DNA from: an uncultured Candidatus Saccharibacteria bacterium
GTDB taxonomy: Bacteria > Patescibacteriota > Minisyncoccia > Phycocordibacterales > CAZPGN01
Direction: 5' to 3'
Assembly: GCA_964586635.1 (NCBI GenBank)
Contig: CAZPGN010000001.1
Span: forward strand, 11,087-70,931
DNA: 59,845 bases
Below are positions 1-9,279 of the stretch, in pieces. The translations under genes and the position numbers were made by a program. The first letter of the stretch is position 1. Each line of letters opens with the position of its first letter. The notes beneath the pieces are model-generated. The model made no database searches, was not told where the DNA came from, and worked only from the letters and a program-made list of their open reading frames with translations.

Positions 1-252
1 AGACATCAAGCGATTCGAGCAAGACGGACGGGAAGGCATGCAGCAGTTCAATGAGCAGTTCAATGAATTTCTACCCCACGAAGGCAGTGTGGTTCCGATG
101 ATGCGGCCTGAATTCGACCCTTCTCTCGGCGGGCCTGGTCCAAGAATGGAAGACATCAAGCGATTCGAGCAAGACGGACGGGAAGGCATGCAGCAGTTCA
201 ATGAGTTTCTACCTCACGAAGGCAATGTGGATCCGATGATGCGACCTGAATT
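1..252 (+). repeat. Coding tandem repeat, period 150 bp (138-bp core plus a 12-bp internal duplication in copy 1)
   Basis: 1-55 is identical to 151-205; similarity continues to ~252; copy 1 has cagttcaatga twice (QFNE QFNE). Confidence 0.92.
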
Positions 253-478
253 TCGCCAGGAAAATGAATTTTTCACTCCGCCCAGCCAACCACAACAATT
301 TGACAGAGCGATAGGGAATCCTCCCTCATTCCAGCCAGGTACGCAAATGATAGAGCCTCCACATATGGAAGCGCCTCCACCAATTGATATGCACGCCGCA
401 GAGCCGGTATCTCTTCTTGACTTCGTCATTAAGTCAGCCGCGACAATATTAGGTCCATTCATTAACATTACTCATTAG
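2..478 (+). CDS. C-terminal part of a repeat-containing, Pro/Gln/Met/Phe-rich hypothetical protein (5' end outside window)
   Basis: Frame is open from base 2 (DIKRFEQDGREGM...) to the stop at 478; contains ~46-50 aa repeats and a hydrophobic C-terminal tail; followed by a terminator hairpin. Confidence 0.8.
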   Translation, partial: DIKRFEQDGREGMQQFNEQFNEFLPHEGSVVPMMRPEFDPSLGGPGPRMEDIKRFEQDGREGMQQFNEFLPHEGNVDPMMRPEFRQENEFFTPPSQPQQFDRAIGNPPSFQPGTQMIEPPHMEAPPPIDMHAAEPVSLLDFVIKSAATILGPFINITH

Positions 479-499
479 ATGTTGCATAGGGAGTAGTTG

Positions 500-536
500 T
501 AACAAAAACAGTCATCTTGCATGACTGTTTTTGTTA
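500..536. terminator. Bidirectional intrinsic terminator
   Basis: Perfect 16-bp inverted repeat TAACAAAAACAGTCAT-cttgc-ATGACTGTTTTTGTTA between convergent genes, with A/T tracts on both arms. Confidence 0.8.
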
Positions 537-653
537 TACCAGTATTTGGTGCTAGCAGGTAAAATCTGTGCAAATGTCGCAAAACAGACATTGTGCGACA
601 CACAATCTCAACAGTTAGAAGTCTAATGTACCATCCCCTACTCTCCCACTAAT

Positions 654-830
654 TTATGCGATCGAGGCTACCAGACCCGATATCGCGTTGTATATCGCCG
701 CTATAAAGCCGCTAACCCAATTCACCAAGCCACCAGGCGTTACTCCAAGCCAAATTAAAAACGCCACAACTATGACAAGTAGCACAAGCGTTCTCACAAA
801 CCCACCTTTTTGAGTCTGTTGTTGTATCAT
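654..830 (-). CDS. 58-aa small membrane protein with a prepilin-like N-terminus (below the ORF-track cutoff)
   Basis: Manual translation MIQQQTQKGGFVRTLVLLVIVVAFLIWLGVTPGGLVNWVSGFIAAIYNAISGLVASIA*; ATG 830, TAA 654-656; K-G-G-F followed by a ~18-aa hydrophobic run. Confidence 0.7.
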   Translation of the reverse strand: MIQQQTQKGGFVRTLVLLVIVVAFLIWLGVTPGGLVNWVSGFIAAIYNAISGLVASIA

Positions 831-853
831 CGTTTAATTTTAACAGATATTTA

Positions 854-2161
854 TTATCCTGGCAAGTATTCTATTGGGTCGAGGTAGGCATTCAGGGCCG
901 CCCGAGGGATCGTGTAGGTGCCACATCCAGGAGTACGACTACGAAGCTGTCCAATTTGAACGGCGGCGCTTGCATATACGGTGAAGTGCAGATGGGGTCC
1001 CGTAGAGTAACCTGTATTTCCACTATACCCAATAAGCTGACCACGAGCGACCTTTGTGCCAGCAGACACACTGATTAGCGATAGGTGCGCATAGAGCGTC
1101 GTGAGACCATTATCATGCTCGACAAGCGCCCACTTGCCATACGATGAACCGCGGCATGTTAAATCCGTATCCCCAGTGCCGAGAACGGTTCCGCTTGCGG
1201 CGGCGATGACTGAAGTGCCGATACTTGCGCGCAGATCAATTCCGTTGTGTCCTTGTCCATTGTAGACGCCCCTGTTCGCCGCGGCGAACTTCGTATTACC
1301 AAACTCTTGAGTAATAACGGGGTTTGGAACGGGCCATGACAGTACCCCTTTCCCTGTCGCCGGAATAGTAGCGGGGTCGAGTGTAAACTTAAGTTCCGAT
1401 TCCAATTGGAATAGCTCATCCTCAAATGCTCGTTTCTTTGCTAAATGCTCGGCCAATAATTGCTGATATTCCGCCTCAAGGCTCTTTGTTTCAGCAAGAA
1501 GAGAGCGTTTATGTTCTCGTGCGATATCGGCAAGTCGTTTTTTATCACCAAGCTCGTCACGGAGTTCGACAAGCGAACGCTTCTCACTGCTCCTCAAAAT
1601 TCGATCGCTCTCAAGACCCTGCTTTGAACGCGAAATGTCCGCAAGACTTCCGTGCAATCGATCCTGGAGTTGTTCAAGCGCAGAAACGCTATTCCAGATG
1701 CTTGCCCATGTATGGCGAGACAGCAATATCTCAAGCGAGGTAGTGTCATTTTCGTTATTCATTTCACGAATTGCCGCGCCGATATGCTTGCGAGCTCGGC
1801 GGATTGCTGACTCGTGCTCGCCGATATCTACATCAATTCGACTTATTGAGAGATCTGCGCGCTCTATTTTCGTACGAGTTAGGTCAATATCCTTCGATAT
1901 TTTTTTTCGGGTTATGTCAATTTCTTTGATCGTGTTGGTTATGCTTTGTTTTTCTTTGTTTACATCGCCGATCTGCGAATCAAGTCTTGCGATTTCGCGT
2001 TCAAGTTCCCCAAGAGCCTCGTTTTTTGAGGCTATGCTGTCCCTTAATTCATCGATCCGATTTTTTGCGCTGGCAAGCGGAGCATACGCAACGGACATAA
2101 CAATTAGAGTTATGATAATGCCGGCGCATAATCCACTTTGTCTAGAATAACTTCTCGGCAT
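854..2161 (-). CDS. M23 family peptidoglycan endopeptidase with N-terminal membrane/signal segment and long coiled coil
   Basis: HNGID (HxxxD) and PHLHF (HxH) zinc motifs; heptad-rich middle; start moved to ATG 2161 because the track's extension lies inside gltX. Confidence 0.88.
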   Translation of the reverse strand: MPRSYSRQSGLCAGIIITLIVMSVAYAPLASAKNRIDELRDSIASKNEALGELEREIARLDSQIGDVNKEKQSITNTIKEIDITRKKISKDIDLTRTKIERADLSISRIDVDIGEHESAIRRARKHIGAAIREMNNENDTTSLEILLSRHTWASIWNSVSALEQLQDRLHGSLADISRSKQGLESDRILRSSEKRSLVELRDELGDKKRLADIAREHKRSLLAETKSLEAEYQQLLAEHLAKKRAFEDELFQLESELKFTLDPATIPATGKGVLSWPVPNPVITQEFGNTKFAAANRGVYNGQGHNGIDLRASIGTSVIAAASGTVLGTGDTDLTCRGSSYGKWALVEHDNGLTTLYAHLSLISVSAGTKVARGQLIGYSGNTGYSTGPHLHFTVYASAAVQIGQLRSRTPGCGTYTIPRAALNAYLDPIEYLPG

Positions 2162-3494
2162 GACTAATGCGTGCGAGCGTCTCGATTTTACCGAGTATGC
2201 CGGCCAGCGTAAACGGATCTGGGGAGCGTTCCCTACCAGAAAGCGCAGCACGCAATGGCCAAAGTACCAGACTTTTGCCTTGCTCTGTCGCAAAACCCCA
2301 AAGCGCTGATTTCACCGCGGAATCAGTGAATGATTCTGCCGTGATTGACTCAAGGAGTTCCCTTGATCTTGAAAGACTTTTGTAAACTGCCTGTTCATCG
2401 AGTTCGCCGTTCTTTCCGAGAAGCAAACCCTTTTCATATTTGGGAGGAGAAAAAAAATACGCAAGATCCTCGGCCATGGAAGCAAGCTCACCAAAACTAC
2501 TAATATGCTGAAGAATAAGCGGAGTTATGGCGTGCACGCGTTCCGTAGAATAATCCGGAAGCTGGCGAATTTCTAACGGGAGCGATTCCGCGATGCGCGC
2601 CGCAAGTTCTTCAGGGTTAATATGTCGCATATGTTCGCGATTCAGATATCGCAGTCTCTCAATGTCGAAAATACCACCGGATCTCTGCACATGCTCCAGC
2701 CTGAAGCGTTCGATAAGCTGCGGCAGAAAAAGAATCTCTGATTCGTCCGAATCGCCTGCATGTTGCGGCGACCATCCCAAAAGCGCAAGGAAATTGATAA
2801 ATGCCGTTGGCAAATACCCCTCTTGTAAATAATCGGAGACCGCTACTGCGCCATGGCGTTTGGACAGTTTAGACCTGTCGCGTGCGAGGATAAGCGGGAG
2901 GTGGGCGTATGCGGGACGCGGAGCTCCGATTGCCTGCTGGATCAGAATTTGGCGTGGAGTGTTCGCGATATGGTCCTCGCCTCGAATAACATGGCTGATG
3001 CGGCTCTCGAAATCATCGACGACGACGGCAAAATGATACAGCGGCGTATCGAGGTCCTTGGCGATAATGAAGTCCCCAAGATCGGTTGTGTCTACAGTGA
3101 TATCGCCGCGAATGATGTCGTGAAATGTTATGACGGAGGCTGGATTTCGGAATCTGATTACCTCGGATCGCTCATTCGCTTCCCTCTGCACTTCCTTTGA
3201 CACATATGCGGCTCCAGAGACAAGCAGTTTCTCTAGATATGAACGATAGAGCTGAATCCGCTCCGATTGGCGGTACATTTCATCTGCTGTAAGGCCTAAC
3301 AGGAGAAGTCCTTTCAGAATGTCAGCTTCGTATTCTGCTTTTGACCGCTCTCTGTCTGTGTCCTCTATCCTCAAAATAAATGTGCCCCCAAATTGGCGCG
3401 CAACGAGAAAGTTGAATAATGCAGTGCGTGCGCTCCCTACATGGAAAAAGCCAGTTGGAGATGGAGCAAAGCGAGTGATAGTTGAGGTTTCCAT
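2142..3494 (-). CDS. gltX: Glutamyl-tRNA synthetase
   Basis: TRFAPSPTG, HVGS (HIGH), LRIEDTD, VIRGEDH, KLSKR (KMSKS). Confidence 0.97.
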   Translation of the reverse strand: METSTITRFAPSPTGFFHVGSARTALFNFLVARQFGGTFILRIEDTDRERSKAEYEADILKGLLLLGLTADEMYRQSERIQLYRSYLEKLLVSGAAYVSKEVQREANERSEVIRFRNPASVITFHDIIRGDITVDTTDLGDFIIAKDLDTPLYHFAVVVDDFESRISHVIRGEDHIANTPRQILIQQAIGAPRPAYAHLPLILARDRSKLSKRHGAVAVSDYLQEGYLPTAFINFLALLGWSPQHAGDSDESEILFLPQLIERFRLEHVQRSGGIFDIERLRYLNREHMRHINPEELAARIAESLPLEIRQLPDYSTERVHAITPLILQHISSFGELASMAEDLAYFFSPPKYEKGLLLGKNGELDEQAVYKSLSRSRELLESITAESFTDSAVKSALWGFATEQGKSLVLWPLRAALSGRERSPDPFTLAGILGKIETLARISHAEKLF

Positions 3495-3506
3495 CGAGCT
3501 TTAGAA

Positions 3507-4634
3507 TTAGGACTCATGCGCGAGGGCAATCTCTACAATGGCATGCGCGATTTTCTGTGCGGCGTCTGGCCTGGCAAAGGCGCGCGCCGCCGCGCCCATT
3601 TTCTGCCGCAATCCCTTGTCGGCCATGAGTCTCTGTATCTCCGAGACCATGATATGCTGGGCGAGATTCTTTTCCTCGATGACTTCAGCGGCGCCCGTTC
3701 GCGCGTACGCATACGCGTTCTTGCGCTGATGATCGCCGTGCGTGTCCGTGATCGGAATTATTATTGAGGGGAGACCCCATTGCGCGATCTCAAAGATGCC
3801 GCTCCCACCGCGAGAAACAACGAGCTCGGCCGCACCAGCGGACATTTTTAGAGCTGTGTCATCAAGATACCCAAAAGCTCTATAGCGGTTTTTATTTGGA
3901 TGATCCGCCAGCACAAGCTCGGCTCGCGCCAAAGCCGCAGATATATTCTTTTCACCGACTTGATGAATTATCTGAAAGGAGTTTACGAGTTGAGGCACGG
4001 CATCGATCACAATATCGTTGATCGCCGCCGCGCCTTGCGACCCACCGAGTATGAGAAGGGTTGGTATGGTCCTGTCTAGCTTGAGGAATTCATGTGCTCC
4101 CTCTGACAGCGGTTTTAGGAGTATTTTGCGTATCGGGTTTCCAACTACCGCGGTCTTTTCCTTGGGGAAATGGGTGACAGCTTCAGGCCATGAAAGTGCT
4201 ACGCGCTCGGCAAATTTACCAGCCCATATGTTCGCGCGTCCCGGGACGGTATCGGAATCGTGAATAATAACCGGTATACCAAGGACTCGCGCGGCTAGGA
4301 GCGTTGGGAACGATGGATACGCGCCTTTACTGAAAACAACATCTGGAAAAAGCATATACATAGTAAAGAGGGCCCGAAATATGCCGAAAAAGGTTTTTAC
4401 TAAGTCTACAATATTGAGAATGGAAGCATACCGCCGCAACTTTCCCGCAGGAACATACACATACTCGATGTGATTCTCGAACAGAAGTCGCTTATTGTAT
4501 GGACTGTCAGCTAAATAGTATAAATCAGCATCGACATATTTTTCAATATCAGATAGGTCATTGATCGCTTCTGCAACTGCGATAATGGGATAGAAATGAC
4601 CCCCGCTTCCTCCGCCCGTAAATACGATTTTCAT
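3507..4634 (-). CDS. murG: Lipid II GlcNAc transferase
   Basis: GGGSGGHFYP, GNPIR, GGSQGA, SRGG, HQRKNA. Confidence 0.96.
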   Translation of the reverse strand: MKIVFTGGGSGGHFYPIIAVAEAINDLSDIEKYVDADLYYLADSPYNKRLLFENHIEYVYVPAGKLRRYASILNIVDLVKTFFGIFRALFTMYMLFPDVVFSKGAYPSFPTLLAARVLGIPVIIHDSDTVPGRANIWAGKFAERVALSWPEAVTHFPKEKTAVVGNPIRKILLKPLSEGAHEFLKLDRTIPTLLILGGSQGAAAINDIVIDAVPQLVNSFQIIHQVGEKNISAALARAELVLADHPNKNRYRAFGYLDDTALKMSAGAAELVVSRGGSGIFEIAQWGLPSIIIPITDTHGDHQRKNAYAYARTGAAEVIEEKNLAQHIMVSEIQRLMADKGLRQKMGAAARAFARPDAAQKIAHAIVEIALAHES

Positions 4635-4667
4635 ATTTTCATTATAGGGGTTTTTGGATGCGCTAAA

Positions 4668-5768
4668 TTAGCGTCTCGCATAGCGTGAAATATTCAGAAT
4701 AATGCCTACCTCAAATAATGCAAGTAGCAGCGCCGTTCCCCCTTGGCTCACAAAGAGCAATGGCACTCCCGTGAGAGGCACAATGTTCAGCATTGCCGCG
4801 ATATTTACGAATGATTGAGACGATATTAGTATAACAAGTCCGAGCGCGAGCAGTCTACCGAATGAATCCTCGGCCCGCGCCGCAATGCGGAGTCCACGGA
4901 GCGTAAAGAGTAGGAATAGTACTATAATTACCGATGAGCCAACGAAGCCAAATTCCTCGGCCGCAATGGCAAAAATTGAATCACCAACAGGCTCTGGTAG
5001 GAAATTGAACTTCTGGACGCTTTGACCAAAGCCTCGTCCGATGAGCTCTCCCGATCCTATGGCAAGTAGCGCCTGGCGTACCTGATAGGACGCGCCGAGC
5101 GTGTCGCGCTCCATGTCGAGAAATGTGACCAGTCGGTCGAGCACATAGGGACGCATATACGCGAGGCCCGCAAGTACGGCAATAGAGAGGACTATAAAGA
5201 ATGAAAAATGTTTCCAGGACCCACCTGCAACGAGGAACATGGCTAGAATTGTCATAAAAATAACAGCAAAGGTTCCCGTATCGGGTTGCTTCAGTAGGAG
5301 TGTCCCAACAACGGCCATGACCGCGAGTAGCGGCAATATTCCGTGCTTGAATGAGGATATTTTGTATGTTCGCGATGAAAAGAGCGAGGCAAGATAGACA
5401 ACAACTCCGAATTTAAGCAACTCGGCCGGTTGGAGAGAAAATCCGTATATGCTTATCCAGCGAGACGCTCCGCCGTGCGAAAGTCCTAGACTGGGAACGA
5501 ACACAAGGAGCGTCAGCATGGCCGTGCCTAGAAAGATATAGAGCGATGCCTTTCTATATGCGTGGTAGTTCAGCCGCAGTGCAAGAATGAGGGCGATGCT
5601 TCCGCCAAGAAGTCCGAGACCGAATTGTCGAAACGCAATGTCAGTGAACGATGACCCCTTTGCCACGAGCCCAAGTGAGGCTGAAGAGAATATGAAAACG
5701 CCCGCAAGAACTAGCGTGGCTACAATTCCGAAAAAGAGCTTATCGAAAGGTTTGCGCATTATTGTCAC
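4668..5768 (-). CDS. ftsW: SEDS family peptidoglycan polymerase FtsW
   Basis: GASRW, LQPAELLK, QPDTG, YQVRQ, GRGFGQS, LPEPVGDSIF, TGVPLLFVSQGG; start GTG 5768 or ATG 5759. Confidence 0.93.
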   Translation of the reverse strand: MTIMRKPFDKLFFGIVATLVLAGVFIFSSASLGLVAKGSSFTDIAFRQFGLGLLGGSIALILALRLNYHAYRKASLYIFLGTAMLTLLVFVPSLGLSHGGASRWISIYGFSLQPAELLKFGVVVYLASLFSSRTYKISSFKHGILPLLAVMAVVGTLLLKQPDTGTFAVIFMTILAMFLVAGGSWKHFSFFIVLSIAVLAGLAYMRPYVLDRLVTFLDMERDTLGASYQVRQALLAIGSGELIGRGFGQSVQKFNFLPEPVGDSIFAIAAEEFGFVGSSVIIVLFLLFTLRGLRIAARAEDSFGRLLALGLVILISSQSFVNIAAMLNIVPLTGVPLLFVSQGGTALLLALFEVGIILNISRYARR

Positions 5769-6856
5769 CCGATAATGGCTATGACCATTCCAACCAGCGC
5801 CATGATAATACTAATAATCCAAAAACGCATGGTAACTTGGTATTCTGGCCAACCGAGCGCTTCAAAGTGATGGTGAATCGGAGCAACGAGAAATATTTTT
5901 TTCCCACGCAGTTTTTTTGAAAGAATCTGGAGTATAACAGAGCCAGATTCAACGAACAGCGGTAATGCGATAAGCGCGAGGGCTGGAACTTGACGCGTTA
6001 AAAAGGCGAATACGGAGAGCGTGACCGTGAGTCCGAGCATGCCTGTCTCTCCCATATAAAACCGCGCGGGCGGAATGTTGAACCAGAGGAATGCGAGGAT
6101 CGCTCCAGTAATGACGAGCGCAAGCGCCGCGAGATCTATTTGATCCTGAAAGAATGCGATGCCCGCGTAACCAACGAATGCCGAAGCCATTACTCCGCCG
6201 GCAAGACCATCGATGCCGTCAATCACGCCGCCCGAAAACAGAGCGAGTGTAACAACCATAAATAACGGCACAATGTAGAATCCGAGATCGTATGTCCCCG
6301 TAAACGGAATGGTCAAGGTCGAATAGCCTAACTTCGAGTAGAACCACCAGCCGCCAACGGCGCCAATGAATAGAACGGCAGTGATACGTTCAACGAGCGA
6401 TAGTCCACCAGCAACATAATTCCCTTTCCCGCGGATTACCAATATATCGTCTGCGAGGCCGACAAACGATGCGGCCAGAAGTGTAAACAATGGCAACCAT
6501 GTCTGGCTACGCGACAGAAAGTTCATTTTTTCAGTCAACTCTGTTGGCGACACTACGCCTATTATTGCGAATAGAATAATGGTAAATAAAGTACTTCCCC
6601 AGATAATAATGCCTCCCATACGTGGCGTGGTCGTCTCCTTCTGTTTGTGGAGTTTGTTGAATATCGGTGCACCGCCACCGCCGAGTGCCTGCGTTCGCGC
6701 CATTTTTTTCCACATCTTGTACTTGTAGAGTGATCGGGTAACAAGCGGGGTTATCAAAAGCCCGAAAAAGAAGGCCACAGCCATGGGAATCAGTATTTTT
6801 GCAACATTGATGGCGGTTGGCGCAAAAATCTTTATTACATTCCCGAGTTCGATCAT
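5765..6856 (-). CDS. mraY: Phospho-MurNAc-pentapeptide transferase
   Basis: TPRMGG, GLADD, DGIDGLA, FMGETG-like FYMGETG, APIHHHFE; start set at ATG 6856 (the track's TTG start is the -35 box). Confidence 0.95.
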   Translation of the reverse strand: MIELGNVIKIFAPTAINVAKILIPMAVAFFFGLLITPLVTRSLYKYKMWKKMARTQALGGGGAPIFNKLHKQKETTTPRMGGIIIWGSTLFTIILFAIIGVVSPTELTEKMNFLSRSQTWLPLFTLLAASFVGLADDILVIRGKGNYVAGGLSLVERITAVLFIGAVGGWWFYSKLGYSTLTIPFTGTYDLGFYIVPLFMVVTLALFSGGVIDGIDGLAGGVMASAFVGYAGIAFFQDQIDLAALALVITGAILAFLWFNIPPARFYMGETGMLGLTVTLSVFAFLTRQVPALALIALPLFVESGSVILQILSKKLRGKKIFLVAPIHHHFEALGWPEYQVTMRFWIISIIMALVGMVIAIIG

Positions 6857-6866
6857 ACTTGACCAA

Positions 6867-6895
6867 ATTATGGCAAATATGGCGAATATTAGCAA
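6867..6895 (-). promoter_or_regulatory. Sigma70-type promoter of mraY
   Basis: TTGCTA-17 bp-CATAAT, 10 nt upstream of the ATG; overlapped by CCATATTT(T)GC direct repeats. Confidence 0.55.
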
Positions 6896-6960
6896 AATAT
6901 GGTACCTTCTTTACGGATTGAGTCATTCCGAAGGATTCATGTTCGAATGAGGAGGAACTA

Positions 6961-7803
6961 ATGCAGGCATGCGAACATACTGAAAAGCACACTCTTTTCT
7001 GCGGACGAGTTTCAGTTTCGCTGTTTGGAGCGGGAAGGGACTGGAAATTGAGCGACCGCAGCACCGTCGCGACCATCTCAATGGCCGCACATATGTCAGG
7101 GGTCTGTCAGGTATATTCCCCTAACATATCGCAATTCAATGCCCGTATCTGCAAGCACGATGAACTAACTGAAGATGTGACTACCGGCATCGTGGACGCC
7201 AAGGTTCCGATATTTCGTGGCGCTCACGCGGATGGCGTTATCATCGGTCGGCGTTCTGCGTGTTTTCTGGCGACTGCTGATTGCCCCACTGTCATCATGT
7301 GGTCGCACGCGAAGCCGAACCTAGTGTGTCTTCATGCTGGCTTGCGCTCGCTCGTGGATTTCCGCCGTGTCGAAGAGGGCGCATCGAATCGTGTTCATGA
7401 GAGCGTGATTGATGCATCGCTCGAGCTTTTCGGGCGGGACAATGCCCACAAGGTGCATGTCCACGCTCTCTGCGGAATCGCAGCAGACAACTATTCATTT
7501 CCAGAAGACCATGCAGATTGGGGAGGATTCAACAGGAAACTGTTGAAGGCATTGAGAGAGATGAGCAATGGGTATGCTGACGGCGCGGTAAATGGCAACA
7601 GTATCTCACTCCCCCTTCTAATTCGAGCCCAATGCATGGCTCGAGGTGTTCGTGCCGACAGGATCAGTTGGGACACAATTGATACATACTCCGATAGAGA
7701 CCATATCGGTGGTTATCGCTGGAATAGCCATCGAAGGGAGAGGAACGGGGTCTCTTCCGTATATGGCAGGAATAACGGAGTTCTTGTGTCACGACTATGG
7801 TAA
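6961..7803 (+). CDS. Divergent YfiH/PgeF (laccase-domain, purine nucleoside phosphorylase-like) family protein
   Basis: ADGVII, TADCP, LHAG, LCGI, NNGVLV motifs with the His/Cys/His residues present; strong SD GAGGAGG upstream. Confidence 0.75.
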   Translation: MQACEHTEKHTLFCGRVSVSLFGAGRDWKLSDRSTVATISMAAHMSGVCQVYSPNISQFNARICKHDELTEDVTTGIVDAKVPIFRGAHADGVIIGRRSACFLATADCPTVIMWSHAKPNLVCLHAGLRSLVDFRRVEEGASNRVHESVIDASLELFGRDNAHKVHVHALCGIAADNYSFPEDHADWGGFNRKLLKALREMSNGYADGAVNGNSISLPLLIRAQCMARGVRADRISWDTIDTYSDRDHIGGYRWNSHRRERNGVSSVYGRNNGVLVSRLW

Positions 7804-7816
7804 GATAGAGAGCAGA

Positions 7817-7848
7817 AAAGCGGCGGCACGCATTCCCGCCGCTTTCTT
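7817..7848. terminator. Intrinsic terminator between convergent genes
   Basis: AAAGCGGCGG-9 nt-CCGCCGCTTT, 10-bp stem. Confidence 0.75.
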
Positions 7849-8762
7849 CATTGTCCCGTCGCGTACGCGATTGAAGCGTTTATTAGTGCTTCGATATCGC
7901 TGAATCGTTCCTCCGCTGATGAACCAAGAACTACCGCAACCATTGGGCGGTTGAGTCCGACATCAAATATCACTGCGAGGTTGCCGCCCGCAATCTTTGT
8001 ATATCCGGTTTTTGAGGCGATAATACCAAGCGTGGACTTAATGTCTTCATTTGTATTTTTTGCTCGATGCATAGCGCCAGAAAGTGAAGCAACCTGCAGG
8101 GAAGAATGGCGTGTTGGTGCGAATATGCCAGGATACATTTTTATGCCATATGCGAACAGCTTTGCGAATTCTTCTGCGGTACTGTATCCCCCGCTTGTTT
8201 CCACGGATACATCAAGTCCGGTTTCGTTGAAGAAATATGTATTATGGAGGTCAAGCTGTGTGCTCATCTCGTTCATTTGTTGAATGAACTCCTCACGACC
8301 AGTGTGTTCTCCTAGCGCATATGCTCCGTCATTTGATGACGATATGAGTGTGAACCATGAAAGCATGTCGGGCCGCCATACCTCTCCCGCGAAAAGTCCT
8401 TGATTCCCCTCTCGCGCGATCGCCTGTGCGCTGATGGTAACACTGTCGGCGGGATTGTTTAGTCGACCTGCAACGATTGCTGTCATAACCTTTGTGAGAG
8501 ATGCAAGCGGAAGAACAGTATCCGCATTATGGCGATAGATAGTCTCATTGCGAGAAATATCATACACGACTGCGCCACGAGCACGGATTGCGGTTGTATC
8601 GAATGGGTTTGCGGTTAGTGGAGTAACCGCGCGCACTTCCTTTGCTGGAGTTCCTAGTAGATAAAAGTTAGCGCCGAGAATAACCCCAAGCACAAAAAGA
8701 ACCAAGAAGCGGAATGCGTTCGCGATATCTGGATTATTTGCCGTCTTCGCCGTGGTCTCCAT
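7848..8762 (-). CDS. D-alanyl-D-alanine carboxypeptidase (peptidase S11)
   Basis: SxxK (ASLTK), SxN (SSNDGA), KTG motifs; N-terminal TM anchor. Confidence 0.9.
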   Translation of the reverse strand: METTAKTANNPDIANAFRFLVLFVLGVILGANFYLLGTPAKEVRAVTPLTANPFDTTAIRARGAVVYDISRNETIYRHNADTVLPLASLTKVMTAIVAGRLNNPADSVTISAQAIAREGNQGLFAGEVWRPDMLSWFTLISSSNDGAYALGEHTGREEFIQQMNEMSTQLDLHNTYFFNETGLDVSVETSGGYSTAEEFAKLFAYGIKMYPGIFAPTRHSSLQVASLSGAMHRAKNTNEDIKSTLGIIASKTGYTKIAGGNLAVIFDVGLNRPMVAVVLGSSAEERFSDIEALINASIAYATGQ

Positions 8763-9279
8763 TGAAAAAATTCGCTAACGTTGCCTTTGTTTGTTCGTAT
8801 TCTGGCAACTCTGATAGTTTAGTTATACCAAGATATGCCAGGAGCTCAAAGCTCGGACGATACGCGAAGCTACGGTCGCCACCCTCGCTTTGAACTCGCT
8901 CGATTAGGCCGCGAACGAGAAGTGTCCGAAGAATTGCGCTTGAGTTGACGCCTCGTATGTGGTCTATGGCGTGCTTCGATGCAGGCCCGTAGTAACAAAT
9001 AATCGATAGTGTTTCTGTGCCGGCCCGCGGAAGATCGCGCCCTCGTTCTTCGGCAACTAGGGCGCTCACAAGATCGCTTGCTGAAGGCGCAGTGCCGAGT
9101 ACAACAGAGCCATCCTTTTCAATGAGGCGAATTCCGCTAGTCGCAAGTCTCTGCTCGAGTGTGTCGAGCGCAGTTCGCACGCTTTGCGCTGGTAGTGCAA
9201 GTATGCGCGAAAGCTCCGCGATCGGCATAGGCTCTGCAGAGAGAAAAAGAACGGCTTCTATGCGCGCGCTATCATCCAT
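8734..9279 (-). CDS. scpB: SMC-Scp complex subunit ScpB
   Basis: IEAVLF, ETLSII.Y.GP, IDHIRGVNS, L.YLGI..L.ELP. Confidence 0.92.
   Translation of the reverse strand: MDDSARIEAVLFLSAEPMPIAELSRILALPAQSVRTALDTLEQRLATSGIRLIEKDGSVVLGTAPSASDLVSALVAEERGRDLPRAGTETLSIICYYGPASKHAIDHIRGVNSSAILRTLLVRGLIERVQSEGGDRSFAYRPSFELLAYLGITKLSELPEYEQTKATLANFFNGDHGEDGK

Noticed and set aside
1-252. Direct repeats as a possible CRISPR array
   Set aside because: Period is 150 bp, in frame, with no unique spacers and no cas genes.
575-600. Inverted repeat TGTCGCA-12-TGCGACA
   Set aside because: Short stem, single occurrence, no assignable role.
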